Positions 39,631 through 53,025 are shown, numbered from the whole stretch's first letter. The stretch is DNA of 63,540 bases, filler included, from Bigelowiella natans CCMP2755 (GCA_000320545.1; 7 parts of 7 records of this genome joined end to end with filler, not necessarily neighbours in it); one strand, 5' to 3'. Notes: generated from the sequence alone by a model not told the origin. Numbers and translations are program-made.

Positions 39631-40213
39631 ATGCTCGTCCGCCCTCCCCTCTCCCTTCTCGTCGCCCTGGCGGCTCTCCCGGTCTACTCCGTCCCAATCT
39701 CGTGCGGTCCGAACGTGGTATCGGTCTCTTCTCTTAACGCTCCCTTGGGCCTTGCGGAGGCGTGTGGTTGGGCGGATGGTGCGGCACACCAGTAAGCTGT
39801 GCACGGAATGCGGCACGTGGAGAATTCTGAATATGTGCATCTGCTACGACAGGCTTAGCTCATCTGTAAGAGGCAGCACTAGCACTACGGGGCAATTATT
39901 AGCTCGGCAATGGGGTTAGTAATGAAACAAGTCGCAGCTCGCGTTCGTGCTTTGCATGCCGGCATGTTTGCCAAAAATTGTCTGAGAAAAACGGGGATTC
40001 GAACCAACAAAAGAATGCTTGAGGAGGACATCTCATTTCTTCTAACATCTTTGAAGGATTGGAAAAAGTTCCTGATAATTGCAAGGCTGTCATCTTGGTA
40101 TGAACTTCCACCGAGCTCTGCACGTTGTCCTTACATTTTCGAATATAGCCCACACATTACGTATCGTATGAACTCATGTATGTTCCTTCAATCATTTCAT
40201 GTCTGTGTCGTAT

Positions 40214-40285
<72 letters not shown>

Positions 40286-41449
40286 TGTGTGTGTTTTGTG
40301 ATGGGATTTATTGCAGTTCGATGGCGTCTGCAATTTCTGCAATGCATGGGTCAACATCGTTGTAGACAACGATCCAGAGGGTTCGTAGCTTCAGAGATCA
40401 GATCACAATAAAATGATGACAATGAGGATAATGACGATAATGACGATAATAACGATAATCTATGGATATGTGTGATCGCGATTCAAGCGAAAATTCGTTA
40501 TATTATTGGCATGGATTTGCATCTCTTTAGAGAATTGTCATCTAAATGCACGTTCGCACTACACGCAGGGAAGTTTTGCTTCGCACCATTACAATCAGAC
40601 GTGGGAAAGAAGCTACTGCAGAAGTAAGCCACAACATGTTCAGTCCGATCTTCCTTCGTTCATCCGCAGCACTCTTATATTTTGGAAACTTTCTTGAAAA
40701 TTGCGTTGCGAAAATGATGAGTCACAGAATATGAGCCATCCGCGTATTTTAAATGGCCATCTTTATCTGATCTGTTGATTCCGTGTCGAAGTAAAACGTT
40801 GATTCCAGAAACTTTCTCGTTGCGACATTCATTCGCTCCTTCATTGGAATGTTCAAATACACTCTTCAGAATCACTAATACTACTACTACTACTACTACT
40901 ACACATATCCTCTAGCGCTGGAAGAGATGCCAATGATCTTAGCTCTCTGCTACTCGCAGATGAAGAGGTCGATTTTTTATCATGTTCTTTGTGTTTTCAT
41001 GTGGTGCCGTCCGGTGCGGAGGCGTGCGGAAGTGCACAGACGAAAGATGCACAGCAGCTGCTTGCATGTTCTTGTTTGTAGTCGTGCTTCGATGGATGGA
41101 TACGAGATCATTGCCTTACTGCAATGTGTTTATGTGAATCGAGCTTGGGGGTGGAATTGCTGCTTCCATGACGGTTCAACATCGAAAGCCATAACCATCA
41201 TTTCCTGTCTCTCTGCAGGGCTTTTGGACCGAATCTACGGCGGCATTACGGGTAGGAGCCAAGCTCAATTCTCCTGCGGTCGCAAACGCGGCATCCGCCT
41301 TACAGTTTATCCCCAAACCACTTAGAGACGTCGGATATCGGTATCAGATGACAAAGCGCGTAGAGTAGGCAAAAATACGAAAAATCTAGCTGATTTGATT
41401 TTAAGAAGCGAGAGAGAGAGAGAATAGAGAAGAGAGAGAGAGAGAAAAT

Positions 41450-41495
<46 letters not shown>

Positions 41496-41722
41496 TAAGT
41501 CAATGAAGCATATATGTAATGATGTTAACCAAGCAGTATGTCGTGTTGTTTTTGAGTGGCAAGATTTACTTACTATATTTACATGCGCGTCTGTATATAC
41601 GAAGGGTGGTAGCGGACAATAGGTACAGCTTCCTTGGTAAAATATCAAACACAGAAACTCCTCGGTGCAAGATTGGAAAGGATGCGCAGATTCTTAGGGA
41701 GCGCTTCTTGGACGAAGCATAG
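39631..41722 (+). CDS. DCC family thiol-disulfide oxidoreductase (DUF393/YuxK-like) with signal-plus-transit-like leader
   Basis: MLVRPPLSLLVALAALPVYS leader, then AVIL|FDGVCNFCNAWVNIVVDNDPEG|KFCFAPLQSDVGKKLLQK...FIPKPLRDVGYR|VVADNRYSFLG...RERFLDEA*. Confidence 0.88.
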
Positions 41723-41879
41723 AAATTTGCTGATCCTGGTCTTACTTCTTCTTCCTGACGATCCTTTAAGTAACTCAGCCGCATAGCATCGAAGTAACGT
41801 ATTGGCACCATCTATTTTATTTCATTTATTCACATTATCTACATTAAAATCATATGAAATTTACACCTACATAGAACAG

Positions 41880-42200
41880 GCATATTTGTGTGCGATGCCT
41901 AGTACGTATTCCTCAGTTTGCGTGAGATGAGAAGCATGTCAACACGTTCGCTATTTAGAGCTAAGGCGACGACTATTTTGAGACGACGCATTGTGTGGCT
42001 TGCGCTTTGTACATGCACAGCTATGTCTTTAGATCTAGGCACAAGTGTACACATGTCGCACATCATAGCTACGCGCAGTGCTATATACTAGATCTAGAGG
42101 TGTTTAGCTACGTTGTAGTACGATGCAGCTGCTCGCGTGAGAACAAAGCTACAGCACATTCGTTCGCATGTGAAGCAAGAGACTAGGATCACTCTAATAA
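41880..42200. other. Intergenic CTAG/AGCT/CATG-rich island after the DCC gene
   Basis: Same word enrichment; SSR-free; TpA loss partial. Confidence 0.6.
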
Positions 42201-42249
42201 CTTTCCTCGACGGAAGGCAATGCAGGGAATGAACCTCTAATGAATATAT

Positions 42250-43132
42250 CAATTTGTTTCATCGCATCTACTAAATCATTAACGTTTACAGTCCTACACC
42301 AGCGGTTCCCTTGAGCCTAGTTGAGACAAGGTGTCATTGGACTAGTAGATGCAAGACCGATACAACATGAGCCACGGCTCTTTGTGGCACCTTTTGTGGA
42401 TTTCCATGACCACCATCAAACAGGATGATTCCGAATAAGATGGACTGTCATTCGCAGGACTATTCTTACTGTCTCAACAGCATAGCTGATGCTCGTAGAT
42501 CTGTGTGTAAAAGAGACGTAGCCACGTAAGCTTCGCATTATTATGCGATTGATGCTCACAGCTAAATTTGGCCCATGAGCCCTGAGATATCACCTTTGGT
42601 GCACCGATACCAACGCAGTTTAGTGAAAACGGCGTGGAGTTAGGAGTGAAGAGTCGTTCGCAGTTCGAAGCTCAACTCTGTCTGGTTCCCAGCGTCGTGG
42701 ACATTGTTGACGGTCTGCTGTGGGGAAGATCCTCCTTCTGTACCTCATCTTGGCCCTTTTTACCCTCCCCTCGTCCTCAAGCCTTTTTACGCCTTCATTT
42801 CCCTTCGCGCCGTTCTCGGCAAGGCCTCCTGCTTTCCCTCATTTAATAATCACATGTAACCTCCAAGTAACGCCGAGTACGACTCACGAAGCGAACGAGC
42901 TCGAACACCACATTGTCATCATCATCATCATTTCCAAACAAGAGATTTTCAACCGATATACCGAGAAAGACTCTAATGGGCCGATAACGGCTACGCAGCC
43001 CGTCATCTCGTGGTTGCGAGGTTTACCTGAAATCCGGTGTGAAGAAGGCGGAAATGCACTCCACTTCTCGTCGTTTCGCTGAAAGCCGGGACTAAAAGAA
43101 CCATTTCTGGCTGAAGTGTTTTCGAGTGCCAA
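42250..43132 (-). CDS. Hypothetical protein
   Basis: ORF start MALENTSARNG at 43132 plus protein-like segments with GT donors; no motif. Confidence 0.3.
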
Positions 43133-43743
43133 TTACTCTCAAATTACGGCCTTTTAATCTTCCGATCGAACATATTGGCCATTAAACACAACCAAAATTG
43201 GCAATCCCGGATATTCCGGCTTCAGTTCAAGCTAAGACACTTTGATTTTCTTGCAGGAATGAGCAAAATATGGTTGTCACAGGATATTTTTACTGAGCAT
43301 TTCTTCCCATATCAGAAGGGCGATTTACTATTTAAAACAAGAGAAGGCGTTTTCAGGGAGATCAAACACATCTTTTCGGCCATATCAAACGCGGCAGTTT
43401 TTCGCAATGATACATTCCTGATTTCATGATACTTGCATAAAAAAGAGACGATTTTTCGCACAGCCTTTCGAATGCCTAAACAGCGCAAAAAACCATGAAG
43501 ATATTTCGTATCGACAAAGGCGAGAAAGTAGTCGTAGGTTAAAAATGCAAAATTTCGAAGATTTCAAGGGTTCGAATGAGCTCAGATCACAGGTTGACTC
43601 ACCTCCGTCCATGTTTAAGCAACGGTCTACAAAATTAAATTGCGACATCCTCAAAACGTGCAAATTAACGAACAATAAGCGACTAGCTTCGTTCCGAATG
43701 TTTCGGATAAATCTGACGTACGTTGAAACTAAAACCAAAAGCA

Positions 43744-46400
43744 ATGGTGGGACCAGGTTCACTCCGCTCGGGTCTTCCCCCTCGCCTTTCGATCTTCCTC
43801 ATGATGGCCTTCATCGCCTTATTCGTTGCTAGCTTCGCTACCTCCAATTATCTGGCTCTGCAAACGTCCAGGATGAGCAGGTGGAACAGTCCTAGCCCCA
43901 CTCCTCGAAGGAGGACTTCGGAGCGACTGCGGACTCAACAGAGTCGAAATCGAGAAGACTACGGCTATATCACAGCAACTGAAACAGATATGGCTATCGA
44001 GCAGCGCAAAGCGGAACTCATCGTAAGTCTTCGTTTTCTTCGTGCAAAGCGAACTTTTCGTTCGAATAGATTAGGGATTTTCCCGGGGCAACCTGTTCAG
44101 TCGTTGGAGTGCGAGTAGGCCTTCGAATGCAATGTCAAACACATGACGTATCTCTCCTCGCACATTTCGAGAAAATAGGCGAGAAGAGATATGATGCTCT
44201 GATTCGAGTGTTCAACTTTTTTCATGGAGTTCTTTTTTCCCGTTGATTCTCGGTGGCATCCCAAGCAACCAGATCCGTTCGCCTGGCTGTTTTTTGAGGG
44301 CTTCTGGTCGAACGCGAATTCGTACGAGTTCGTACGCTGTTTCTCGTTCTTCTACTGATTAGACCAAAATTCCGTAGGCCCTTATGGGAAAGAACTTCGA
44401 CTGGCGTGAGTATCGTGCCCGACTCGTTCAAATGGGACGGGAAGGCCGACTGAGGTGGTTGTTCGCTTGATGCCATGTGCCGAACCCGCGCTCTTCTCTT
44501 GTGTCTCCTTCGAGCATAGTTTACCCGACCGGCGGGATGAGTTGAAACATTTTGCGCATTAAACAGCACGACCTCCTCACGAAGGAAGAAAAGGGAATCT
44601 GAAAAGAGTGAGAGAAGCGGAGACTCGAAGCCCCCGCCTCCAATGTCGCCTGGGAGGTCCACCCCTGCGAATATGGCTCTTTTGCGAAAGCAGAATCCCG
44701 AACTCAGCTCTGAAAGGGTAGCGGCCACCACGGCACAACAAAGGGAACACAGAAAAGGGGGGGGGGTGATGGGGAGGTATTGGGAAGGATTCGAGAGCGG
44801 GCTGCTTGTCGTTCCAGGGAGGTAGTAGCTGATGACTTGAAAATGTGCAGAAATGGGCACACACTGTACCAACGCCTGAAGTTGGGGGTCTACTCCTAAG
44901 GAAGCCGAGGGAGCTACAGGTGGGTGTGTGTGTGTGTGTGTGTGTGTGAGTGTGTAGTATTTTCCAGCCCCTCATAGGACCCGAGTATATTTTTTATGCT
45001 TACACAGTCACCCACCCCTTGCCCCCCCCCCCCCCCCCCTCCTGCTTTATTTCTTTCCGAATTGCGCTTCTAGATATGGCATAAGCCTGAGTATCGCGAC
45101 GCTCTCCTCAAGCGTTTGAGCCCCGCCCTCCAAAAAGAGGTGAGATCATGATGATAACGATGGTGGTGGTGGTGGTGGTAGTGACATAAACCGAATGAGG
45201 AGGGGAGAGATGGCTACGCTGATGATAACTGATGATGGCTAATGATCGACTCAATGCTCTTCCAGGTGATCGCCGCCTCAAGCAGGCCCGACGGCATGCG
45301 CTTGCTGCCCCCGTTCCACTGCGCTTTAGCAATTCCTCAATTTCTGTTTTTTTGGCTTGTAGGTGATGGATATGGTTGGAGGCGGTCTGCTAGAGGCCTC
45401 GGAGCTGGAAATCCGCAAACGAAGAGAGGCTAGCAGCAGCAGCAGCAGCAGCAGCAGCACGTCACCACAGGATGACTGATTATTCCATACACGATAGTAA
45501 TGAACGAAGGATGATAAAATGGATTGTAACAAGAGAACGCAGCCAAAATTGCGTATTGGAGGAAAAGAAAGCGGGGGGGAGGGGGAGAATGAAGAACCAA
45601 ACCTTGCCACCGGCAAATTCGTAATGTCATAGGGCAAGCGTTTGGTTATGTTAGTTTTTATAAATAGTGAAGAAGGGATGTGAAGGCGCCGTGCTGCCCA
45701 CACGCATGTGGGACTTAACGCCCGCATCATCCGTTATCATCTCCTCCTCCTCCTAATAATAATCCCCCGTCGTCAAGTTGATGTGCTTCTTCTGCCATCC
45801 CCCTACTCTCTGCACCACCGCCACTACTGCTACTTTCCTCTCTGAGAATTACATTATTTTTTTTTTAAAATATATTTTATCTATCATTTACTCGCGCAAC
45901 TTTAAAAATGCACACCCCAATTCACATACGCTGCTCCTCCTACCGCTGTTATAATCTTCGTCTACGATTGCCTCAGTGAGGCACTTAAGTAGTATCAAAG
46001 GAGATTTTAAGTATATTTTAAACTGTACACCCACCTACCTACCTACTTACGGCTGCTGTACAACCGGCGGGCAATTCTAATGAAGATCGCCAACACAAAA
46101 AACAGCTCAGCCCCCCCTTCCTCCCTCCCGTTTCCATCTCATCTCATCATCATCCGTAAGTATTCTTCCCCGCGCCCGCTCGCTCCCTGCCCACCACCAC
46201 TCCTCCCAGCTATGTTCACCGTCGCGTACAAGAGGTGACATGTATATATAGTCTTGTTGTAAAGAAAGCAAATGCGTCCACCGCCAGATGGGTCGCAGCA
46301 TATAATAATGGCGGGCATCATGCGCTCCGAATGAAGCATACATAGAGAAGTGAATTCCCGGCTGTGTCTTCGCCGACTACGGCCGCACGCCAAGGCCTCT
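43744..46400 (+). CDS. Hypothetical protein(s) with bipartite-like leader
   Basis: MVGPGSLRSGLPPRLSIFLMMAFIALFVASFATSNYLALQTSRMSRWNSPSPTPRRR...KAELI followed by a gtaagt donor; later exons plausible but unassigned. Confidence 0.45.
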
Positions 46401-46419
46401 GGTCAGGCCGCTAGTGCAC

Positions 46420-47500
46420 GTGTCTAGTGGACGACGTGTGCGTGCCAACAGGAATCGAAAGAGCTCACTTCGTATAATAATTGTGGCAAAAGCAATAGAT
46501 TTAAAAAGTCGAAAATATTTATTCATTCTGATTTAATAAGATACCGTGCATTGTTCGTATAAGTTTATATCTCACGTGTAATTAGACTAAACGTCTTCTT
46601 CATCGCAAATCGCATACAGTGAGTAAGCGCTAGACACACACGTGTTCACGTGTGCAATGCACATGCACCAACATGGAGCACACATGCACTGAATGCACTG
46701 AATGCACACATGAACTACCCGATATGAACATGTCCAAGACGTGTGCTAGACCGGGTGCACGAATGCAGCCATGAAGGCCAAATTGAATTGGGTCTCAATT
46801 GCATGGATGGAGTGATTGCAGCACGCATGCTAGCATGGTTCAACTCATTCACGCCAAACCAGCGCATGAGAAGGAGTGGGCAATTCCCAGCTGATCAGTA
46901 GCAATGTTGCACGCAACTCATGTGATTCATGCCATGTCATGCATAGCATCGCAGGTTGTTTTGCTGCAAATGCCCCCATGCATTCATATTCCTGTGGTCT
47001 AACAGAAAATGAAGATTTCGAAGAATGCGTACGTGCTATAATCCAACAATTGCAATTGAAAATGCAACAGCAACTCTTACCATCGCCAGATCGGCATTGC
47101 AATTCCCATCGAATAACATGCTATGCCTATAGAAGCATGAGCATTTGTATATTTGAGATCTCGCTATAAAGAACTATATCTTCTATTGTACTGGCTACTT
47201 CCTCAGTTGATAGTTCCGATGAAAGCTCACATCCTCTCCCGTCACTCCAAATACAATGTGATACGCCTCCAAGTTTGCTCGACCAACTAGGGGCTGTTGT
47301 AAAAATGAGCGGAAGCGCCAATTGTACCAAAATCATCATCGGCAACTGAAGCACTATGTTTAACATGAACGGTGTAAGATGTATGTCACTGGCGCAAGCT
47401 TCTTGTAAGCACGCATGTACATCGTTTCAACATGGCCGCCTGTACTAGCGTACATGTATGCGCGCGCGCTGCCGCAGCCAGCTTACATAAATAGTCCTGT
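46420..47500. other. Intergenic island between convergent genes with a TpA-poor core (46628-46980)
   Basis: 7 TA in ~350 bp of core, 5 of them (G/C)TA(G/C); CATG/TGCA-rich. Confidence 0.7.
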
Positions 47501-47660
47501 CATTGTATGATGTAGTACTACTGAACACGATGATTATTTAAAACTTGTATCTTTTATTCTCCGCGCACAAAACAGCAACAACAACAACAATGATGATGAT
47601 GATGATGAGCTGTATGTCATGGTGCTGGCTGCGAAGACAGCATTGTCCTCTTTAAGAGTG

Positions 47661-49193
47661 TTATTGACTCTTCTGCGGTCGTTCTGGTTTATTGGGCGTG
47701 CGCACGACGTTGTCCTTCTGAAATAACGGATCAATTGTACAGATTTAACCAGAGATTCAAACAAGTAATCTGTTTCTTCAATCTTTCCTCGTCAAAGACA
47801 GCATGTGTTTTAGGCGTAAATTTTCTACGATATAGTTCGTTCCTGCGTGCTTCTTCGCTTGCCTACGCTGTTGGCTCACCATATTTTGGAGCCGTGCCAA
47901 GACCTTCTTCTTCTCGTCTTTGCTACACCTGTTTAGACACAGAAAATGTTGTTCAACCTACCACCACCACCACCAGCATCATCATCGTCTCTTGCTAACT
48001 GACATTGATTGCGCCTTCGGCTTCAGCTTGTATATCTTTTGCAAAGCGGATTTGAGCGCCTCCCCATGGCCTTTTTGTTGCACAAGCTCGTCCGCCTGGG
48101 AAAGAGGAGGAGGTCAATTTCACCGCCCATTTGGTCGTTCGTACGTGCATCCCATGCATGCAGTCCGCCAAACTCAACGAGTGGGGCGTGGAAGCTCTCC
48201 CCCCCTCCCCCCAGCCCCGTGACGATGGTCCACCGTAGAGAAAATAAAAAGGAGGAGAGAAGGCATGGGGCGGCATTGCGACACCTTTCTCTCTGCTGCA
48301 GACACGCAGAGCTTTTTGATGCCGTCGAGGAAGAAAAAGAGCGGGCTGTAGGCGACTAGGAACATCTCCAAGCCTGAGTTTTATGGCACGTAGTGGTGGA
48401 AGTAGCGTTCAATGAGAGCGAGAATGGCGAAGAAGAGCAAACAAGAATTAAAGGTGCTTCCAAACTCTGCAGCCCTCCCCTCCCCCCCCTTTCGTATGTT
48501 GATCAGGGTGAGATATTGATAATGATGATATTGATAATGATGATGATCGGTAGGGTGACGACACGACCGATGATAAGAGGTTGCTCCTTTTCCATCCCAA
48601 TAGCGGAGTAGCTGTAATGGTTAGTGGGGACCGATTAGGAAGAGAGAGAGCGAGACAGAGCGAGAGAGTGAGAGTGTATTCAGCATTAGTCGAAGAGGTA
48701 GCAGTTTGAAGCAGCACATATTGATCAACATCATCATCATCATCTTCGTTTGATTTCTCCCCACACACACATACATGCGTTTGTTGGGGGAAAATTGGTA
48801 CAGCAGGAACACAGACAGAGCATCTCCCAGAACGTTCTAATAGCGGGGGGGGGGGGGGGGGGGGGGGAAAAAAGGAGGGTTTGATTGGTTGGGTGCACAG
48901 GTGGGGGGGGGGGGGGGGAGAGAGAGCTCAGAAATAGCAAATTCAAAGAGCATTTGTCGAGACCGCAAAACTCTGTTGTCATGATGACATCAGCACCTTC
49001 GCGAAAAGCATCGCTGCAAGGAGGAGGAGGAAGTGCGATCCCGTCGGCTTCATGGCCTCGACGAGTGCCAGGCCCGACGTGATCACGAATGTGCCCCCCA
49101 TCATTTCGTATAGATACACAAACATCTGAGGGAGAGGAGGAGAGAACCAAAACAGCCAGTGAGGATATACATGCATATATAAATATAAATAAA

Positions 49194-49261
<68 letters not shown>

Positions 49262-49748
49262 ATGCAACGATGATTATCATCATCATCATCATCATCATCG
49301 CGATCGATCCCCATCGTCCTCTTCTTCCTACACCCAACCCCTAGACGCTGCTGCTGCTGCTGCTGCAAACGGGCCCTTCGTTCATTTCTCCATACCCACG
49401 CAGCACCTGATCGAGAGCAAATTCGGCGACAGACAACGGCCGGGTATCCGAGCTGTTGGTGCTGCTGCTGGTGGTGCTGGTCGCGGTGGTGGCCAGATGC
49501 TGCTGATTATGAATCACCATGGCGCGGTAGGCTTTGGCGGGTAATTGTAGAACCCGAGTGAGCAAGTCTCTGCAGATCTCAAATCCCAGAGGACGGAGCA
49601 GCAGAGGGTAGTTGTCCCCAACCTGCGAGCCCATCTGTTGGTGATGGGGTTTAACGATAACGGGCCGAAGAAGAGGGGGAAGAAGACGACGCAGAAGACA
49701 AAGTTTGTTGGATTATATGAATGATGAGACAAGGTATAGTACAGTTAA

Positions 49749-49809
<61 letters not shown>

Positions 49810-49835
49810 CATATTATTTTTAAGAGATTGAGATT

Positions 49836-49880
<45 letters not shown>

Positions 49881-50065
49881 ATGGTGCAAGTGAGAAGGGG
49901 AAAGGGGCCGAATCAATCGTGCTCTGACCCACTGCCAAATCGCTCGATCCAGCTTCGAGATGAGAAGAGCGATGTTGAATCTGATAACGGGTGGTTCACA
50001 ACAACACGAACAATAAATGTGTCGCAGTTTGAACCTTGCAGAGTCAGGAGTCGTGTGATTCGCTG

Positions 50066-50098
<33 letters not shown>

Positions 50099-51500
50099 TG
50101 CAATAAACACGCACACACATTACACCACCATACGTGGATACTATACCAACATACAGCACAGTTTGTCATTCACCCACCCTTTAATGAGCGATTCGTTGAC
50201 GAGCGAGGTCTTGAGCTCCGAAATCTGCTGCGACACTTCGAGATCCATCTCCTCCGAGCTCATCCCGGCCTAAGAGGGAGCATTGTTGTTGGTTGAGATT
50301 ACTGATGGCGGTGGTGGTAGTAAAGACGGCGGCTGGTGAGGCCTATGGAAGCAGGCTATTTTCTCTGGACGCGCGTATTCATAAAGCAAAATCACGGAAA
50401 ACAACAATCGCGCAAAGCAGTCAGTACGCACGTAGATATGGGCAAGTTGCTTCGGGTTGTTGCGGCGAAGGTCCTCCAGGCTGCGAATCTGATGTACCGT
50501 TATTCGCAGGAGAAAGCGAGGGTTACGCACAATGCATAGAGGGGGGGGGGGGGGGGGGCGACACCTCACTGACGATTCGCACGGTCTCCAGCGCGTGGAC
50601 TACGAGATTGGATACCACGATGGCGGTTACGTATGGGAAGTTGTCTGCTGAAGCTCCGAGGAATGCTCGTAGTTGATAATATGAAGAAATGGCCTGTGGA
50701 TGTGTGTATGAATGTTGTGACCGAGTATTATCTTTGCGAACAGCCATGAAAAAATGGCGGAAAATGTGTAAGATGAATAGAGTTTGTAGCAAGAGTAGAA
50801 GTGGTAGTATTAGTATTAGTATTAGAAGTAGTACGGCAGGTATGGTAGCAGCTTTCACAGTGGCCAGTCTAATGTCAATAATAATATTATTATTAATATT
50901 ATTAATAATAATGAGAATAGCAGCAGGGTTCGAATCAAGCATTCGGATGATTTCGGTAACGATAGTTTCTTTTTCTTAATCTTACAAAGAGAAGGGGGGA
51001 AAGTTACTTGTCGACGAAGGCGTTCGCAAGCTCTTTGGTTCTTGGCACCACCGCCGCCATGGCCGCACCGGTGGACGCCACGCACGAGGAGAGGTGCTCA
51101 GATACCCTCCGACACCCACGCAGGGCACAGCCTTTGGCCTGCTCGCTGGCGGTCAACAAGCAATCAATTTCTGAGCGGGGAAATAAATGCTTCTCTGGAT
51201 TCACCTGAATCGCACGCACGACTGGAATGACTTGGTCTTCTGGGCAGCTTTTAGGCCTTCCTCCAGGCACACGCCAAGCTTGGCTTTGAGCTGCCTCCCA
51301 TGCGTCACCGCATTTTGCGCAGCTATGAAACCCACCTAATACAGCAACTGGGAATGAGCTATCGTGCGATTGCGGCGAAAGCTGCTGGCGGGACTCAACC
51401 TGTGAGAGAACCACCGCTCTCGGGAGGAGATAAGCATGCTTCTTTAATTTCTGAGCGACCTGCCGTACCACAAAAATAGTTTTTGGTCTCAATCTTCGAG
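47661..51500 (-). CDS. STE24-like: STE24/ZMPSTE24 (peptidase M48)-like membrane protein lacking the HExxH segment; 5' leader exons may extend to 52367
   Basis: Exons join in phase to HALETVRIVSE|IRSLEDLRRNNPKQLAHIY|AGMSSEEMD...LIKG|FNIALLISKLDRAIWQW|...TRVLQLPAKAYRAMVI...EFALDQ|...TGSHFLLLLAAMLFAK|NVLGDALSVFLLYQFSPNKRI|YSAIGMEKEQPLIIG|LEMFLVAYSP...AAERK|ADELVQQKGHGEALKSALQKI...VLARLQNM|...KSQ*. Confidence 0.75.
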
Positions 51501-51559
51501 CTACGTTTTCAAGCTGATTGCCGGTGAATTATATAATAATTACGTTTACTTCCGTAGTC

Positions 51560-52367
51560 AGGTCGACATGGTTGTCTTCATGTTTGTATGAAGCCGGGAA
51601 GTCGAAGGTTTCAGCATCATGACGGGAGTCTTTCCGCTTCGATGTCACAATGGTCTTGTTCTTCCTGCTCCTGAGAGAAGAGGCCAATCACTAATGCAAG
51701 AACATTTTATGATTTTACGGATGACTTACTTCGCCGTGTGGCGAACGTTCATCGCCCCTCCGGAGAGTCGAGTCGGCATCAAGCTGTTTGATTAAAAGCA
51801 GGTCAGTGCGAGTACTCTCGCAGGTCAGATAAAGGAGAGCATGTCGTAATTGGGCTTCTCGGCGGATGATTTGCGACCTAATTCTTGAGTTACGATCAAC
51901 TGAAGGATCTTCAGGTACGAGAGTACCGCCATTGAGTCGGAGAAGATCCCCTGGTGTATGCACAACGTGTTTCAGTATCTAGTATTAAGTGAAATCGGAT
52001 GCTCGAATCAATCAGTTTCTCGGCAACCATCCTATGAAATTTGAAGCGAAATTAAAACACCGTTTACAGTACGCCTGTAGCCACTTCCATCGAGATCTTG
52101 GTTCTGCAGCTGCAAGGGGGCTCCGACCGAGTTCCTTTGGGTTGAGCTTGACGCTGTGAAGAAGCTTCTTCGACTATGGGAAAAATTAGGTTCTACTTGG
52201 TGCAGAATTCCAGCGGCTACGAAGAGAAGAATAAAGGATGCCACACGCTTCACGGTTCGGCTCCCCACATCTGTTCTCGTCCCGATTTTCTCCGACGGGT
52301 AACCTAGCATCCAGCCGAAGATGTTTCTTTTGCTTTTCACCCCTCGTATTGTTGAATTCTCCGTCAC
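51560..52367 (-). CDS. N-terminal exons with a hydrophobic stretch and S/R-rich transit-like region (probable 5' end of the STE24-like gene, or a separate gene)
   Basis: MTENSTIRG...VKRVASFILLFVAAGILHQVEPNFSHSRRSFFTASSST; GT donors present; phase link to downstream exons not resolved. Confidence 0.4.
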
Positions 52368-52552
52368 TTCGCTATTGCCCTCCCCCTCCTTGATTGCGGG
52401 ATGATAAAATCCTCACTCCGCGCGTGGGTGAAGATGCGGCGTGCTACGAGCGGGTGGTGCCCCTTCCTTCTTTCGTTAGCGAAGGAAAGATCTTGGCAAC
52501 AGCAATGGTGCCCTTCTATTTTTTTCCGCGAAAGCCTTCTCCACAGCCCCAA

Positions 52553-52618
52553 AACCTTGTCGCACCTAAGACAAACGGCCGAATGAACCTTGTCGCATCC
52601 AAGCCAAATGGCCGAATG
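52553..52618. repeat. 33-bp tandem duplication in a divergent promoter region
   Basis: aaccttgtcgcacctaagacaaacggccgaatg followed by aaccttgtcgcatccaagccaaatggccgaatg. Confidence 0.85.
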
Positions 52619-53025
52619 TACCGGCTCCCTAACGGACAACGGCGCTACCAACGGTCACGCCCGGTAGTCTTCGGGGACTAAAAGGAACGACCAGCCACTT
52701 TACTTGACGGCAAAGTGGAACAGAGACATTCGCGTGTGTGCGATTTTTTTTTTTTGACTGTACCGAGAAGGCCTCCAGGACATGCCGCCAAAACGGGTGG
52801 GTATTCCGAGACATGCATTTTAAAATATTGTTCGAAATACATACATATTTACATATACGACTGAGAATTTACGGCTATTTACACTCCAGAAGGGCATATT
52901 TCCTGAAGCAGGGTCGGGTATGTAAATCTTACTCTGTGGAAGCGCTATATCCTAGTACCACCGTTGTCCTGGAAATCGTGTAACTTGTCCGTTGGCCCCT
53001 CAGAGCGAGCGACCGTCGTAACACA

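Noticed and set aside
39915-39937. Possible 23-nt ultra-short intron (similar candidates at 2088-2111 and ~7818-7839)
   Set aside because: A single ordinary GT-AG intron (39915-40056) restores the frame; no evidence for tiny introns.
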